Source: Acutalibacteraceae bacterium (GTDB lineage Bacteria > Bacillota > Clostridia > Oscillospirales > Acutalibacteraceae). Taken from it: a stretch of 64,000 nt of DNA. The first letter of the stretch is position 1, and each line of letters starts with the position of its first letter. Location of the stretch: NCBI GenBank assembly GCA_045595725.1, contig JAZOAY010000007.1, forward strand, positions 595 through 64,594, read 5' to 3'. The notes below the pieces were generated by a model, which saw nothing but the letters and a program-made list of their open reading frames with translations, was not told the DNA's origin and searched no databases. The translations under genes were made by a program, and so were the position numbers. Shown here piece after piece: positions 36,828 to 45,440 of this stretch.

Positions 36828-38588
36828 ATGACAGAGTTATTTATAACAATGAATTCTTCGGGCACTTTTACCATGCCGCCAAGTATGGGAAGAATTGAAG
36901 AATACTGTGCAAGGACACTAAGAATTGCACTTAATGCTGATTTTCTGTCATCATCAATCAGTTACTACACTTTAAGCTTTGAACCTTATTCGTTATCAAG
37001 AAAAATCATAACAGAAAATATTTACAGAGATTCTTCAACTTCCGAAGGCATTTATTATGCTGACGGATGTATTTTTTGTCCTGTTTATGATTATATCGCA
37101 GTTTCACCGGTTGTTTCAGTTCAAATAGATGCATATGAAACAGATTCGTTGGGAAATGTTACAGCCATTATAAAATCCGGTATTTTCAATCTGGAATTTG
37201 CACCGTCTCTCACAGGTGAAGGAATGAAGCTCCAGACCGTGAGACCTGATGTAAAGTTTTATGAAAATGTAAAAAATGCTGTTGATAAAGCAATGGAAAC
37301 ATTAACAATAAGCGGTGAAAAAATTGACAGTTATTCAATTACAGGACGCAAAATAGGGCTTAATGCGGTTGGTACACCGCATTTGCAGGATTCGGCAGTA
37401 ACTGCGGTGAAGATAAAAAACGGAGCTGTAAAAACCGAGTGTGTGTCGGATGAATGCATAACAAAAGAAAAATTAGCGAAAGTAAGTGTCACAGAGGAAA
37501 AAATAGTAGAAAACGCAGTTACAACAGATAAAATTGCTGATAAAAATGTCACATCGGTAAAGCTTGCAGATGGTTCTGTTACTAATGTAAAACTTGCAAC
37601 ATATAGCGTCAGTGAAGAAAAAATCAGGCCTTTTGCTGTTACAACATCAAAACTCGACAACGGTGCGGTTACACCTGCAAAACTCGACAGGGAGTATATT
37701 ACTCATCATCAGAGTCTGGAAGGTTACGCTACGGAAAATTGGGTAAAAGAACAGAATTATCTTACAAAAGATGAAACCCTTGATGTTTATGCAACGGAAG
37801 ATTGGGTGAAGGAGCAGAAATATCTGACAGAACACCAGAGCCTTTTCGGATACGCTACAGAAGATTGGGTATACGAGCAGAATTATCTTTCTTCAACCGA
37901 GGGACTTGCAACTGAAGATTGGGTTAAAAAGCAGGAGTATCTTACAGAACATCAAAGTCTTGAGGGCTATGCCACGGAAGAATGGACAAGAGAGCAGAAT
38001 TATCTTAAAGAACATCAGAGCCTTGAGGGCTATGCAACTGAGCAGTGGGTTGAAAGTAAAGGATATCTTACCTCAGATGACGACTTTCTCAAAGATGTGG
38101 ATTTGCCTGAGAAACTCAGCGAATTGGAAAATGACGTTGCTGTTTCTTACAATACTCAGACTCTTACCGAGGAACAGAAGCAAATTGCAAGAGAAAACAT
38201 CGGTGCAGTAAAGAGTGAAGAAGGTAAAGTTCTTTCAAGTAATGATTTTACGGATGAAGATAAAGAAAAACTTGATGCTTCGCTTACGGAGCATCAGGAT
38301 ATTTCAATGAAAGCCGATGTGTCTTCGCTGGCAACAGTGGCTTTTTCCGGTTCATATAAAGACCTTTCTGATTTGCCTGAAAATAATTTTATTACGAACG
38401 AATTTAAAGCAAATTACGATAAGGCATATGAGCATGCTGTTTCCGAACATGCGCCGTCTGAAGCAGAAGAAAATGTTATCGAAAGCATAACCGTAAACGG
38501 AAACCCTGCAGAGGTAAACGAAAAAAATGTTTCTCTTTGTATTATTGGTTTTGATAAAAAAGAAACAGTATTTATGGAGGTGTTTTAA
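36828..38588 (+). CDS. phage tail-fibre / receptor-binding-like protein with two internal repeat arrays
   Basis: About ten 10-aa repeats of the V-T-x-x-K-L/I type, then about six YATEDWVKEQNYLTEHQSLEG-type repeats. No signal peptide. Confidence 0.7.
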   Translation: MTELFITMNSSGTFTMPPSMGRIEEYCARTLRIALNADFLSSSISYYTLSFEPYSLSRKIITENIYRDSSTSEGIYYADGCIFCPVYDYIAVSPVVSVQIDAYETDSLGNVTAIIKSGIFNLEFAPSLTGEGMKLQTVRPDVKFYENVKNAVDKAMETLTISGEKIDSYSITGRKIGLNAVGTPHLQDSAVTAVKIKNGAVKTECVSDECITKEKLAKVSVTEEKIVENAVTTDKIADKNVTSVKLADGSVTNVKLATYSVSEEKIRPFAVTTSKLDNGAVTPAKLDREYITHHQSLEGYATENWVKEQNYLTKDETLDVYATEDWVKEQKYLTEHQSLFGYATEDWVYEQNYLSSTEGLATEDWVKKQEYLTEHQSLEGYATEEWTREQNYLKEHQSLEGYATEQWVESKGYLTSDDDFLKDVDLPEKLSELENDVAVSYNTQTLTEEQKQIARENIGAVKSEEGKVLSSNDFTDEDKEKLDASLTEHQDISMKADVSSLATVAFSGSYKDLSDLPENNFITNEFKANYDKAYEHAVSEHAPSEAEENVIESITVNGNPAEVNEKNVSLCIIGFDKKETVFMEVF

Positions 38589-40150
38589 TGCTTATATATA
38601 CTTTAAATGATGACGGACTGTCTTATTCTGCGGCAGAGGAGACAGATGCTTCCGTTACAAGAGTTGAAGTTCCTGATACATATAACGGATTACCTGTAAC
38701 TGAAATCTCGGCAATTTTTAATCACTGCAGTAACCTTGAAGAAATCATTGCAGGTCACAACGTCAGGGACATCTGTCATGGAAGTCTTGATTTCCCGTCT
38801 CTTAAACGCCTGTATTTGGGAAAAGGAATTGAAAAGATTAACGGTCCGCTGAATGAATCGGGAAACTTCACCGATATTTTTTACAGCGGAACAGAAGATG
38901 AATGGCAGAATGTGCGTTGGTTCTTTGTGGATGACCAGGAAACCGTTATAGGAAAGATAAACAAACATTTCGGTATTCTCGGTAAAAGTGTAATTCTCTC
39001 TTTCGATGAAGAAAAGCTTTTTCCATATACCCATTGGGATTGTATTAAGGGTAAACCTGAAGCAATCAATTCGGAAAAAGTTTCATACGAAAACAGTATA
39101 AGCGGTCTTGAAGCAAATAATGTTAAAGATGCAATTGATAAACTTAATGCCAAGCACTTCGATGCAACGGCACTTTCTTCATGGAAGGAATTACTTCATC
39201 TTGTGCGTTCGGGAAAAGCGCATGATTTTATAAAGATAGGTGACCAATTGGTTTCTGTGAAAGACGGTAAAGAACTTGTGTGGGATGTTATCGGGATTGA
39301 TGCTGATGTGCCTGTTGAAGAAAAGCATAAACATTCTGTTACACTCCAGCTCAGAGATTGTTACATTGTTATGCCGTTTTCTGTTCCTGAGGCTTCATAT
39401 TTTTCGGTAACAAGGCTTGCGCCGGGGCAGTATTATCTGAAAATGAATAACTATTCTTCTGCATCTAAGTATTACGCTTTTACTCTTGATGAAGAACTTC
39501 CTTTAGGCGGTCTGATAAGAATCAGCCAGAATAAGGTTTATCTTTACAGAACGAAAACTGAAAATTATTACAAATCTTTTGATGTTGATTTATCGTCAGA
39601 AAATGAGGAAGACATGAGCGGTACGCTACTTGAACAGGAAAACTATCATATTCATACAGATATGGGTAATGTGAATTATGAACAGTCTGATATAAGAAAG
39701 TGGCTCAATTCGGCAGAGGTCGACTGGTGGTATCACAGTAACGGTCGTTCTCTGGCACCGTTGGATTATTTATCAATTCCCGGTTTCTGTAAGGATATGG
39801 ATGAAGATTTTCTTAGTGCCATAAATCCTGTTAAAAAGAAAACTGTTAATGCAGAGGGAACGGAAGTTATAACGGAAGATAAATTCTTTCTTTTATCTGC
39901 AGAAGAAGTGTACGCTCGTAGTGGTAATTGGTATGAATATTATCAAGAGAATTCTTCACTTTCATCATCGGGAGTAACAGAAGACAGCGCAAGAATTAAA
40001 ATGTATGAGGCCGCACCATGCACTTGGGTTTTGAGAACGACTTCAGGAGACAGAGGTTACATGAGAGTTCTTACTAACGGTAGTGTATCCTATGTAAAAG
40101 CAGCGAAAGTAAACACTTTTGGTATTGCACCGGCTTGTTGTATTTGTTAA
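38588..40150 (+). CDS. phage-associated protein with BspA-type LRR N-terminus and a DUF6273-like C-terminus
   Basis: FNHCSNLEEI / LKRLYLGKGIEKI LRR-like N-terminus. C-terminal DKFFLLSAEEVY and CTWVLRTTSG motifs. Confidence 0.55.
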   Translation: MLIYTLNDDGLSYSAAEETDASVTRVEVPDTYNGLPVTEISAIFNHCSNLEEIIAGHNVRDICHGSLDFPSLKRLYLGKGIEKINGPLNESGNFTDIFYSGTEDEWQNVRWFFVDDQETVIGKINKHFGILGKSVILSFDEEKLFPYTHWDCIKGKPEAINSEKVSYENSISGLEANNVKDAIDKLNAKHFDATALSSWKELLHLVRSGKAHDFIKIGDQLVSVKDGKELVWDVIGIDADVPVEEKHKHSVTLQLRDCYIVMPFSVPEASYFSVTRLAPGQYYLKMNNYSSASKYYAFTLDEELPLGGLIRISQNKVYLYRTKTENYYKSFDVDLSSENEEDMSGTLLEQENYHIHTDMGNVNYEQSDIRKWLNSAEVDWWYHSNGRSLAPLDYLSIPGFCKDMDEDFLSAINPVKKKTVNAEGTEVITEDKFFLLSAEEVYARSGNWYEYYQENSSLSSSGVTEDSARIKMYEAAPCTWVLRTTSGDRGYMRVLTNGSVSYVKAAKVNTFGIAPACCIC

Positions 40151-40161
40151 AGGAGGTTTTT

Positions 40162-40311
40162 ATGTTAAAGGTTAAAACGGTTTTACAGCAACTTATTGAT
40201 GAGAGAAAGAAAAATGCTTTTCTTTTAATGAAACTTGAAAAAATATTGTCCGATATTGATTACGTTGCCATGATGTGTGATGTTGAACTTGAGGAGGATA
40301 AGAATGAGTAA
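40162..40311 (+). CDS. small phage-module protein (49 aa)
   Basis: AGGAGG RBS at 40151-40156. MLKVKTVLQQLIDERKKNAFLLMKLEKILSDIDYVAMMCDVELEEDKNE. Below the ORF-track cut-off. Confidence 0.5.
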   Translation: MLKVKTVLQQLIDERKKNAFLLMKLEKILSDIDYVAMMCDVELEEDKNE

Positions 40312-40444
40312 AAAATACGGTAAAGTAAAAGAGTACTATGAAAAAGGTTTGTGGAATGAGGACAGAGTAGCAAATGCCGTCCTCAAAGGTTGGATTACGA
40401 TAGAGGAATTCAGAGAAATTACGGGGGCAAGGTATGATATTTAA
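40304..40444 (+). CDS. xkdX: XkdX-family phage protein
   Basis: MSKKYGKVKEYYEKGLWNEDRVANAVLKGWITIEEFREITGARYDI matches the XkdX pattern YY.KG.W...V...V.KG.IT.EEF..ITG. It overlaps the previous ORF by 8 nt. Confidence 0.75.
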   Translation: MSKKYGKVKEYYEKGLWNEDRVANAVLKGWITIEEFREITGARYDI

Positions 40445-40507
40445 TCTTATGAAAATAACTTCGCTTTACGCAGCATTCTTTTATTTTCTTCTGATGGGAG
40501 CATTTGC

Positions 40508-40807
40508 ATGACGGAGTGGCAGACGGGAATAATCTGTACTTTGGCAGGTCTTGTGATGTCTTTTGTTTTTTCTTTGCTTACACACAGACGTAATGAAAAA
40601 AACGACCTTAAAAATGCAGGTGAAATGCGAGGTGTTCTGCAATCTGATGTGGGTTACATAAAAGCAGGTGTTGATGATCTGAAAAGAGAAAACAAGGCAA
40701 CAAATCTGAAAATTGATACTGTTTCGGAAAGAGTAACGCGTGTCGAAGAAAGTTGCAAACAGGCTCACAAAAGAATTGATGAACTGAAAGAAAATGAATA
40801 CATGTAA
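40508..40807 (+). CDS. N-terminally anchored coiled-coil membrane protein (holin or lysis-accessory candidate, BhlA/UviB-like topology)
   Basis: TM GIICTLAGLVMSFVFSLL followed by a heptad-rich tail. It occupies the position between XkdX and the endolysin. Confidence 0.45.
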   Translation: MTEWQTGIICTLAGLVMSFVFSLLTHRRNEKNDLKNAGEMRGVLQSDVGYIKAGVDDLKRENKATNLKIDTVSERVTRVEESCKQAHKRIDELKENEYM

Positions 40808-40819
40808 GGAGAAAGCAAA

Positions 40820-41179
40820 ATGAAAATAATTGAATTTTTAATTACAAACTGGAGTGATGTTACACTTGTCATTTCTGTTTTGTTTATTATAATTTACTCA
40901 TCCTTTACTAACAGAATTGACTATCTTAGAGCAGAACTTTTTTCTCTTGTTACAGAAGCTGAAAAAATTTATGGCGGAAAAACAGGTCAGACGAAACTCA
41001 TGTATGTTGTCAGAAAAATTTATTCAAGGATGCCTGTGGCTCTGAAACTTTTTCTCAGCGAAAAGCAACTGGAAAAAATCATTGAAAATGTTCTTGTAAA
41101 GGCAAAAAAATCATGGAGTGAAAATAAAAAAGTTCTGATAGAAGGTGAAGCTGCCGATGGTGAAAACTTATTCGTTTAA
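40820..41179 (+). CDS. small membrane protein (holin candidate)
   Basis: N-terminal TM VTLVISVLFIIIYSSF. It lies immediately upstream of, and overlaps, the endolysin gene. Confidence 0.4.
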   Translation: MKIIEFLITNWSDVTLVISVLFIIIYSSFTNRIDYLRAELFSLVTEAEKIYGGKTGQTKLMYVVRKIYSRMPVALKLFLSEKQLEKIIENVLVKAKKSWSENKKVLIEGEAADGENLFV

Positions 41180-41795
41180 AAAAGACGGAGACAAAAGACT
41201 CTCTGAAAATTTCAGAGTAAAAGAATTCAGAAGTCGTGATGGTGCTGATAAAATTCTTATAGATGAAAATCTCGTAAAACTTCTTCAGAAAATGCGTGAT
41301 AAATTCGGTGAAATAATAATTTCATCTGCATACAGAACTGCCTCTTACAACAGAAAAGTAGGCGGTGTTTCAAACTCACAACATCTTTACGGACTTGCTG
41401 CTGATGTTACAATCAAGGATAAAAGAAAACTTCTTGAAGCGGCACAGTATGCAGAAAAAATCGGTTTTAAAGGTGTGGGTCTTGATGACAAATATCAGAA
41501 CTTTCTTCATCTGGATACAAGAAAGAACAAGTCTTTTTTCAGATACAGAGCAAACGGTTCAACCTATTCTGTTTCTTCATTTTTTACAACATTGAAAATC
41601 GGCTCGAAAGGTGATGAAGTAAAACTTCTTCAGAAAAAGTTGAACAAACTCGGATTTACAGATGCTTCGGGAAAAGAATTAGTTACAGATGGAATTTTCG
41701 GTAAAAACACAGAATATGCACTTAAAAAGTTTCAGAAAAAAATGAGTCTTGTGACAGATGGTATTGCAGGACCGAAAACATGGCGTAAATTATAA
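41157..41795 (+). CDS. endolysin: peptidase M15 catalytic domain plus PG_binding_1 domain
   Basis: SAYRTASYNRKVGGVSNSQHLYGLAADV (H-x6-D zinc site) and the C-terminal motif GSKGDEVKLLQKKLNKLGF...DGIFGKNTEYALKKFQ...DGIAGPKTW. Confidence 0.85.
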   Translation: MVKTYSFKKDGDKRLSENFRVKEFRSRDGADKILIDENLVKLLQKMRDKFGEIIISSAYRTASYNRKVGGVSNSQHLYGLAADVTIKDKRKLLEAAQYAEKIGFKGVGLDDKYQNFLHLDTRKNKSFFRYRANGSTYSVSSFFTTLKIGSKGDEVKLLQKKLNKLGFTDASGKELVTDGIFGKNTEYALKKFQKKMSLVTDGIAGPKTWRKL

Positions 41796-42078
41796 TTTTC
41801 AACGAAAAATACCCTCCGTCAAAATCCAAGATTTTGCCACCTCCCCTTGCATTTTCAAGGGGAGGCTGAAACCGAAGGAAACAGATAAATTATAATTTGT
41901 CTGTGCATTTATGGTAAGCCTTGCCTCCATCTGATGAGAGAGGTGGATTTTGCGAAGCAAAAGACGGAGGGAGAGAAAACAAGGTTTAACTACCCCTCAG
42001 TCAGCCTTACGGCTGACAGCTCCCCTGACAAGTGGAGCCAACTGTTACAGTTAGTTTCAGCAAGATAAATTATAATTT
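41786..42078. repeat. nested palindromic GC-rich element(s) delimited by three copies of TAAATTATAATTT
   Basis: Core copies at 41786-41798, 41886-41898 and 42066-42078. An imperfect palindrome of about 160 bp (41812-41971) is centred on copy 2, with arms CCCTCCGTC/GACGGAGGG, CCACCTC/GAGGTGG and GGAGGC/GCCTCC. Confidence 0.6.
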
Positions 42079-42085
42079 ACTTCAG

Positions 42086-42121
42086 ATCGGAAACGTAATT
42101 GTGCGTTTCCGATTTTTTTTA
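42086..42121 (+). terminator. intrinsic terminator (probably the original terminator of the lysis operon)
   Basis: ATCGGAAACG-TAATTGTG-CGTTTCCGAT followed by T8. Confidence 0.8.
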
Positions 42122-42195
42122 TTAAAACTATTGCATTTGAGATGAAGAATCTGTTACAATGAATTTGATTAAAAGTATAAAAACGAGGTGTTTTT

Positions 42196-43827
42196 ATGAA
42201 AAAATTAATTTCAATTTTCTTGTGTGCATTAATTGCATTTTCCTGCATGGCAATTTCTGTTTCAGCAGAAAGTTTTGCTCCGACCTATTATATTGACAGC
42301 GTAGGTGGTGACGATGCAAACACAGGTCTCAGTGAAGACAGCGCATGGAAAACAATAAACCATGGAGAATGGGTTTTTATTCCGGGTACAAAAGTACTTT
42401 TTAAACGTGGCGGTGTTTATGAACTGGAAGTGACCCTTACTGTTTCAGGCACTAAAGAAAATCCCATTGTGATTTCATCTTACGGTGATGAAAATGAGGA
42501 TAAACCTGTTCTCAGAACCGACAGTCACAATGAAGTTTTTGATTTTGTCGACTGTGATTACGTTACAGTTTCGGACCTTGCAATTACTGCTCCCAACGGT
42601 GGAGGTATCTGGATAAGAGGGCTTAACAAACAGTCAAACGGAATGACAATTGAAAATGTTGATTTCTATGATATGCAGAATTATGACCGTCATGTACGTG
42701 ACCCGTTCGGCTCAGGTGCTGCAGATGCACGTGCGGCAATTATCACAAACGGTCTTTGGGGACCTGACGGTTATTACCGTAATACGGTTAACGACCTTAC
42801 AATTAAAAACTGTAGCGTAGAAAATTGTGCAAACGGATTTATTATCTGGGGCATTCCCAAGGGTAATCCTGCTGAAAATCCAGGACATTATGAAGGCGTA
42901 TATAACAGAGGCGTACTTATTGACGGTTGTTATTTCAACAATATGTATGCTGAAGCAGTAGTACTCGGCGTGTGTGACGGAGGTGTTGTCACCAACTGTA
43001 CTTCACTTAATACATGTCTCGGCGGTCAGGAACCTTTACCGGACGGAGGGGTTGAATATTTCACAGCTTCAATGTGGTTCTGGGGATGCAAAAACTGTGT
43101 TATTGAACATTCAGAAATCGCAGGTCAGAGAAACTTCGGTGACGGCATGACAGTTGACTTTGACTCTGATTCAAATTATTGCACATATCAGTATGTCTAC
43201 TCACACGATAATATGAGATTTGTGTGTAACAATGCAATCGGAGGCAGACCTCAGGCGGGTAATACTGTTCGTTATTGCCTTTCCGTAAATGATAACCTTG
43301 GCAGAAACAGTCTTGCCAGCGGTTCAGGTGAAGTTGAATTCAGTTTTTATAACAACACTATTGTAAACGCTCAGGAATTACATACCGTAAATGTTGAAAG
43401 CGGTATTGTTGCAAATAACATTTTCACTTTTATGCCGGGTTATTACGTTTACTACAATGACCGTAATCTTAATGCAAAAACTGATTTCACAAACAACTGT
43501 TATTATATGGCACCTAACCCTCCCTTTGATTTGCTTTCAATGAATACAAGACCTGATTTTGCAGGTGACGACATGACTGATGTGAACAGTTTTAAACTTA
43601 TAAAAGGTTCTAAACTTATCGGTGGCGGTATAGAAAGAGACGACATCGAAAAAATGGAATACGATTTCTTCGGTGAAAAGGTTACTTCAACAAATATCGG
43701 ATGTTACGGCGGTGATGGTGTTGAGGGTGAACTTGACAGATACGATATCATTGACATAATGGTTGATGTGTTCAGATTCTTCGGTGGTTTATGGTCAAGA
43801 GTTCTTGACGGAAGTTTATTTAACTGA
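42196..43827 (+). CDS. secreted right-handed parallel beta-helix (pectin-lyase-fold) protein
   Basis: Signal peptide MKKLISIFLCALIAFSCMAISVSA. Repeated N/G-x-x-I/V beta-helix rungs (IKNCSVENCANGFIIWG and others). Confidence 0.7.
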   Translation: MKKLISIFLCALIAFSCMAISVSAESFAPTYYIDSVGGDDANTGLSEDSAWKTINHGEWVFIPGTKVLFKRGGVYELEVTLTVSGTKENPIVISSYGDENEDKPVLRTDSHNEVFDFVDCDYVTVSDLAITAPNGGGIWIRGLNKQSNGMTIENVDFYDMQNYDRHVRDPFGSGAADARAAIITNGLWGPDGYYRNTVNDLTIKNCSVENCANGFIIWGIPKGNPAENPGHYEGVYNRGVLIDGCYFNNMYAEAVVLGVCDGGVVTNCTSLNTCLGGQEPLPDGGVEYFTASMWFWGCKNCVIEHSEIAGQRNFGDGMTVDFDSDSNYCTYQYVYSHDNMRFVCNNAIGGRPQAGNTVRYCLSVNDNLGRNSLASGSGEVEFSFYNNTIVNAQELHTVNVESGIVANNIFTFMPGYYVYYNDRNLNAKTDFTNNCYYMAPNPPFDLLSMNTRPDFAGDDMTDVNSFKLIKGSKLIGGGIERDDIEKMEYDFFGEKVTSTNIGCYGGDGVEGELDRYDIIDIMVDVFRFFGGLWSRVLDGSLFN

Positions 43828-43840
43828 GAGGTGTTCTGAT

Positions 43841-44938
43841 ATGGCAGCAAAAGAGCAAAGAACTTACAAAAGTTTCTGGGAATGGGACGAAAAATCAAAA
43901 CAGAAGGAGTATACAGAAAAAACTCCGCTTCTTGGTAATGACGGCACACTCCTTGCAAAAGGTTGGGCGAGAAGAAATGTTTTTGATTATGACAGAACAA
44001 AGTCAACTCCGGGAAACAGAAAAAAAGAATGGGATTTCTATCAACTTTCCAACGGCAAATTTATGGTGCAGATAAGTTTTGCAAACATCTCAATCGGTGG
44101 TTATGTTTCTGCAAAACTTGTGGACCTGAGAAACAAAAAAGTGATTGTGGATGCAATGTCTCCTTTCCTTGGCGGCAAAAAATATGTGCCTAATCCCAAG
44201 GGTGATGTTCCCAACAATTTCAAAGCGAAAATCGGTGGTGCCGAGTTTGAGTTTGATACAAAAGAAACAGAAAGAACTCTGTATTTCAAAATGAATGCCA
44301 AAGGCAAGGATGTTGTGTGCAAATTCCACATGGATATTATGCCGGGACTTGAAAACATTACAACGGTTCTTCCTTTCAAAGGTTATCCTACAAAGTATTT
44401 CATGACAACGAAGCAGATGTGTATGCCCTGCAGTGGTACGTTTGAATACGGTGATGAAATTTATAATTTCAGTAAGGAGGACACATTTGCATCTCTTGAC
44501 TGGGGCAGAGTAAATACACCTTACAGAATGGTTTGGTATTGGGGTAGCGGTTCAACATATCTTGTCGATGAAAACGGTGAAAAGCACCTTTTCGGATTTG
44601 AAATAACATGGGGTATCGGTGATGAATCAAATGCAACGGAAACTTGTCTTTTCTATGACGGAAAAGCACACAAATTCGGTGCAATTGACGTTGAAACTTT
44701 CCCGAAACCCGATAAATACATGCAACCATGGAAGTTTATTTCAGAGGACGGCAGATTTAATCTGACGATGGAACCTTTTTATGACCATCATTCAGACCTG
44801 AACGTTGCAAATCTTGCACGTATGCATTCACATCAGGTTCACGGTCTGTGGAGTGGTGACGTTACTCTTGATGACGGAACAAAACTTGAAATCAAGGATA
44901 TGTACGCTTTCTGCGAATATGTAGAAAATAAATGGTAA
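43841..44938 (+). CDS. DUF2804 domain protein (copy 1)
   Basis: MAAKEQRTYKSFWEWDEKSKQKEYTEKTPLL...GWARRNVFDYDR... A GAGAGGTG RBS lies 14 nt after the upstream stop. Paralogue of 58318..59424. Confidence 0.7.
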   Translation: MAAKEQRTYKSFWEWDEKSKQKEYTEKTPLLGNDGTLLAKGWARRNVFDYDRTKSTPGNRKKEWDFYQLSNGKFMVQISFANISIGGYVSAKLVDLRNKKVIVDAMSPFLGGKKYVPNPKGDVPNNFKAKIGGAEFEFDTKETERTLYFKMNAKGKDVVCKFHMDIMPGLENITTVLPFKGYPTKYFMTTKQMCMPCSGTFEYGDEIYNFSKEDTFASLDWGRVNTPYRMVWYWGSGSTYLVDENGEKHLFGFEITWGIGDESNATETCLFYDGKAHKFGAIDVETFPKPDKYMQPWKFISEDGRFNLTMEPFYDHHSDLNVANLARMHSHQVHGLWSGDVTLDDGTKLEIKDMYAFCEYVENKW

Positions 44939-44975
44939 AGAAAATGCCCACGGTTTATACCGTGGGCATAATTTG

Positions 44976-45440
44976 TTATTCTTTTTTCTTTTTACTGAAT
45001 ACCACAAGTTTTGAAAAGAAGTAGTTAAGCACCACAACGATAACTGCAAGGAGAATTTTTGAAATCATTTTTCCGCCGAGAACAAAACCGAAAATGTCGA
45101 GTTGGTACTTGTCAAATCCGAGTAAATCAATCAGTGCAAAAAGTCCTGCTTCTTCAATGACTAAAGAAAAAACTCTTGCTGCAAAGAATGAAAAAATTTC
45201 TTTGCATATTTTTTTTGTCTGCCATGTGCGGCTTTCAAAAACAAAAAGCTTGTTTGTAATGTACGCAAAAACAACTGAAACAAACCATGCAATAATGTTT
45301 GAAATAAGATAACGTTCTTCACTTAAAACAACATTGAAAAATTTAAATGCAGCAAAATTTACAAGAGTTGTTAATGCGCCAAAGAATACATACAGAATAA
45401 GTTCTTTGTATTTAATAAACAAATCATGAATTTTCTTCAT
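44976..45440 (-). CDS. GtrA-family membrane protein
   Basis: 154 aa, 4 TM. YVFFGALTTLVNFAAF and NKLFVF motifs. Confidence 0.8.
   Translation of the reverse strand: MKKIHDLFIKYKELILYVFFGALTTLVNFAAFKFFNVVLSEERYLISNIIAWFVSVVFAYITNKLFVFESRTWQTKKICKEIFSFFAARVFSLVIEEAGLFALIDLLGFDKYQLDIFGFVLGGKMISKILLAVIVVVLNYFFSKLVVFSKKKKE

Noticed and set aside
37390-38075. Repetitive DNA considered as a possible CRISPR array
   Set aside because: The repeats are in-frame coding repeats of a tail-fibre-like protein. They lack unique spacers of constant length, and there are no cas genes. No CRISPR array was seen anywhere in the window.
35750-42120. Search for prophage boundaries (integrase, attL/attR) around the phage-like module
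   Set aside because: No recombinase gene was seen. No direct repeat shared between the left (35.75-35.98 kb) and right (41.8-42.1 kb) edges was seen either. The TAAATTATAATTT triplet occurs only on the right side. The region is therefore reported as a remnant or domesticated module, not as an intact mobile element.
43763-43840. 5' extension of the DUF2804 ORF overlapping the beta-helix gene
   Set aside because: The extension lacks an RBS and overlaps the upstream gene. The ATG at 43841 has a GAGAGGTG RBS and aligns with the N-terminus of the paralogue.
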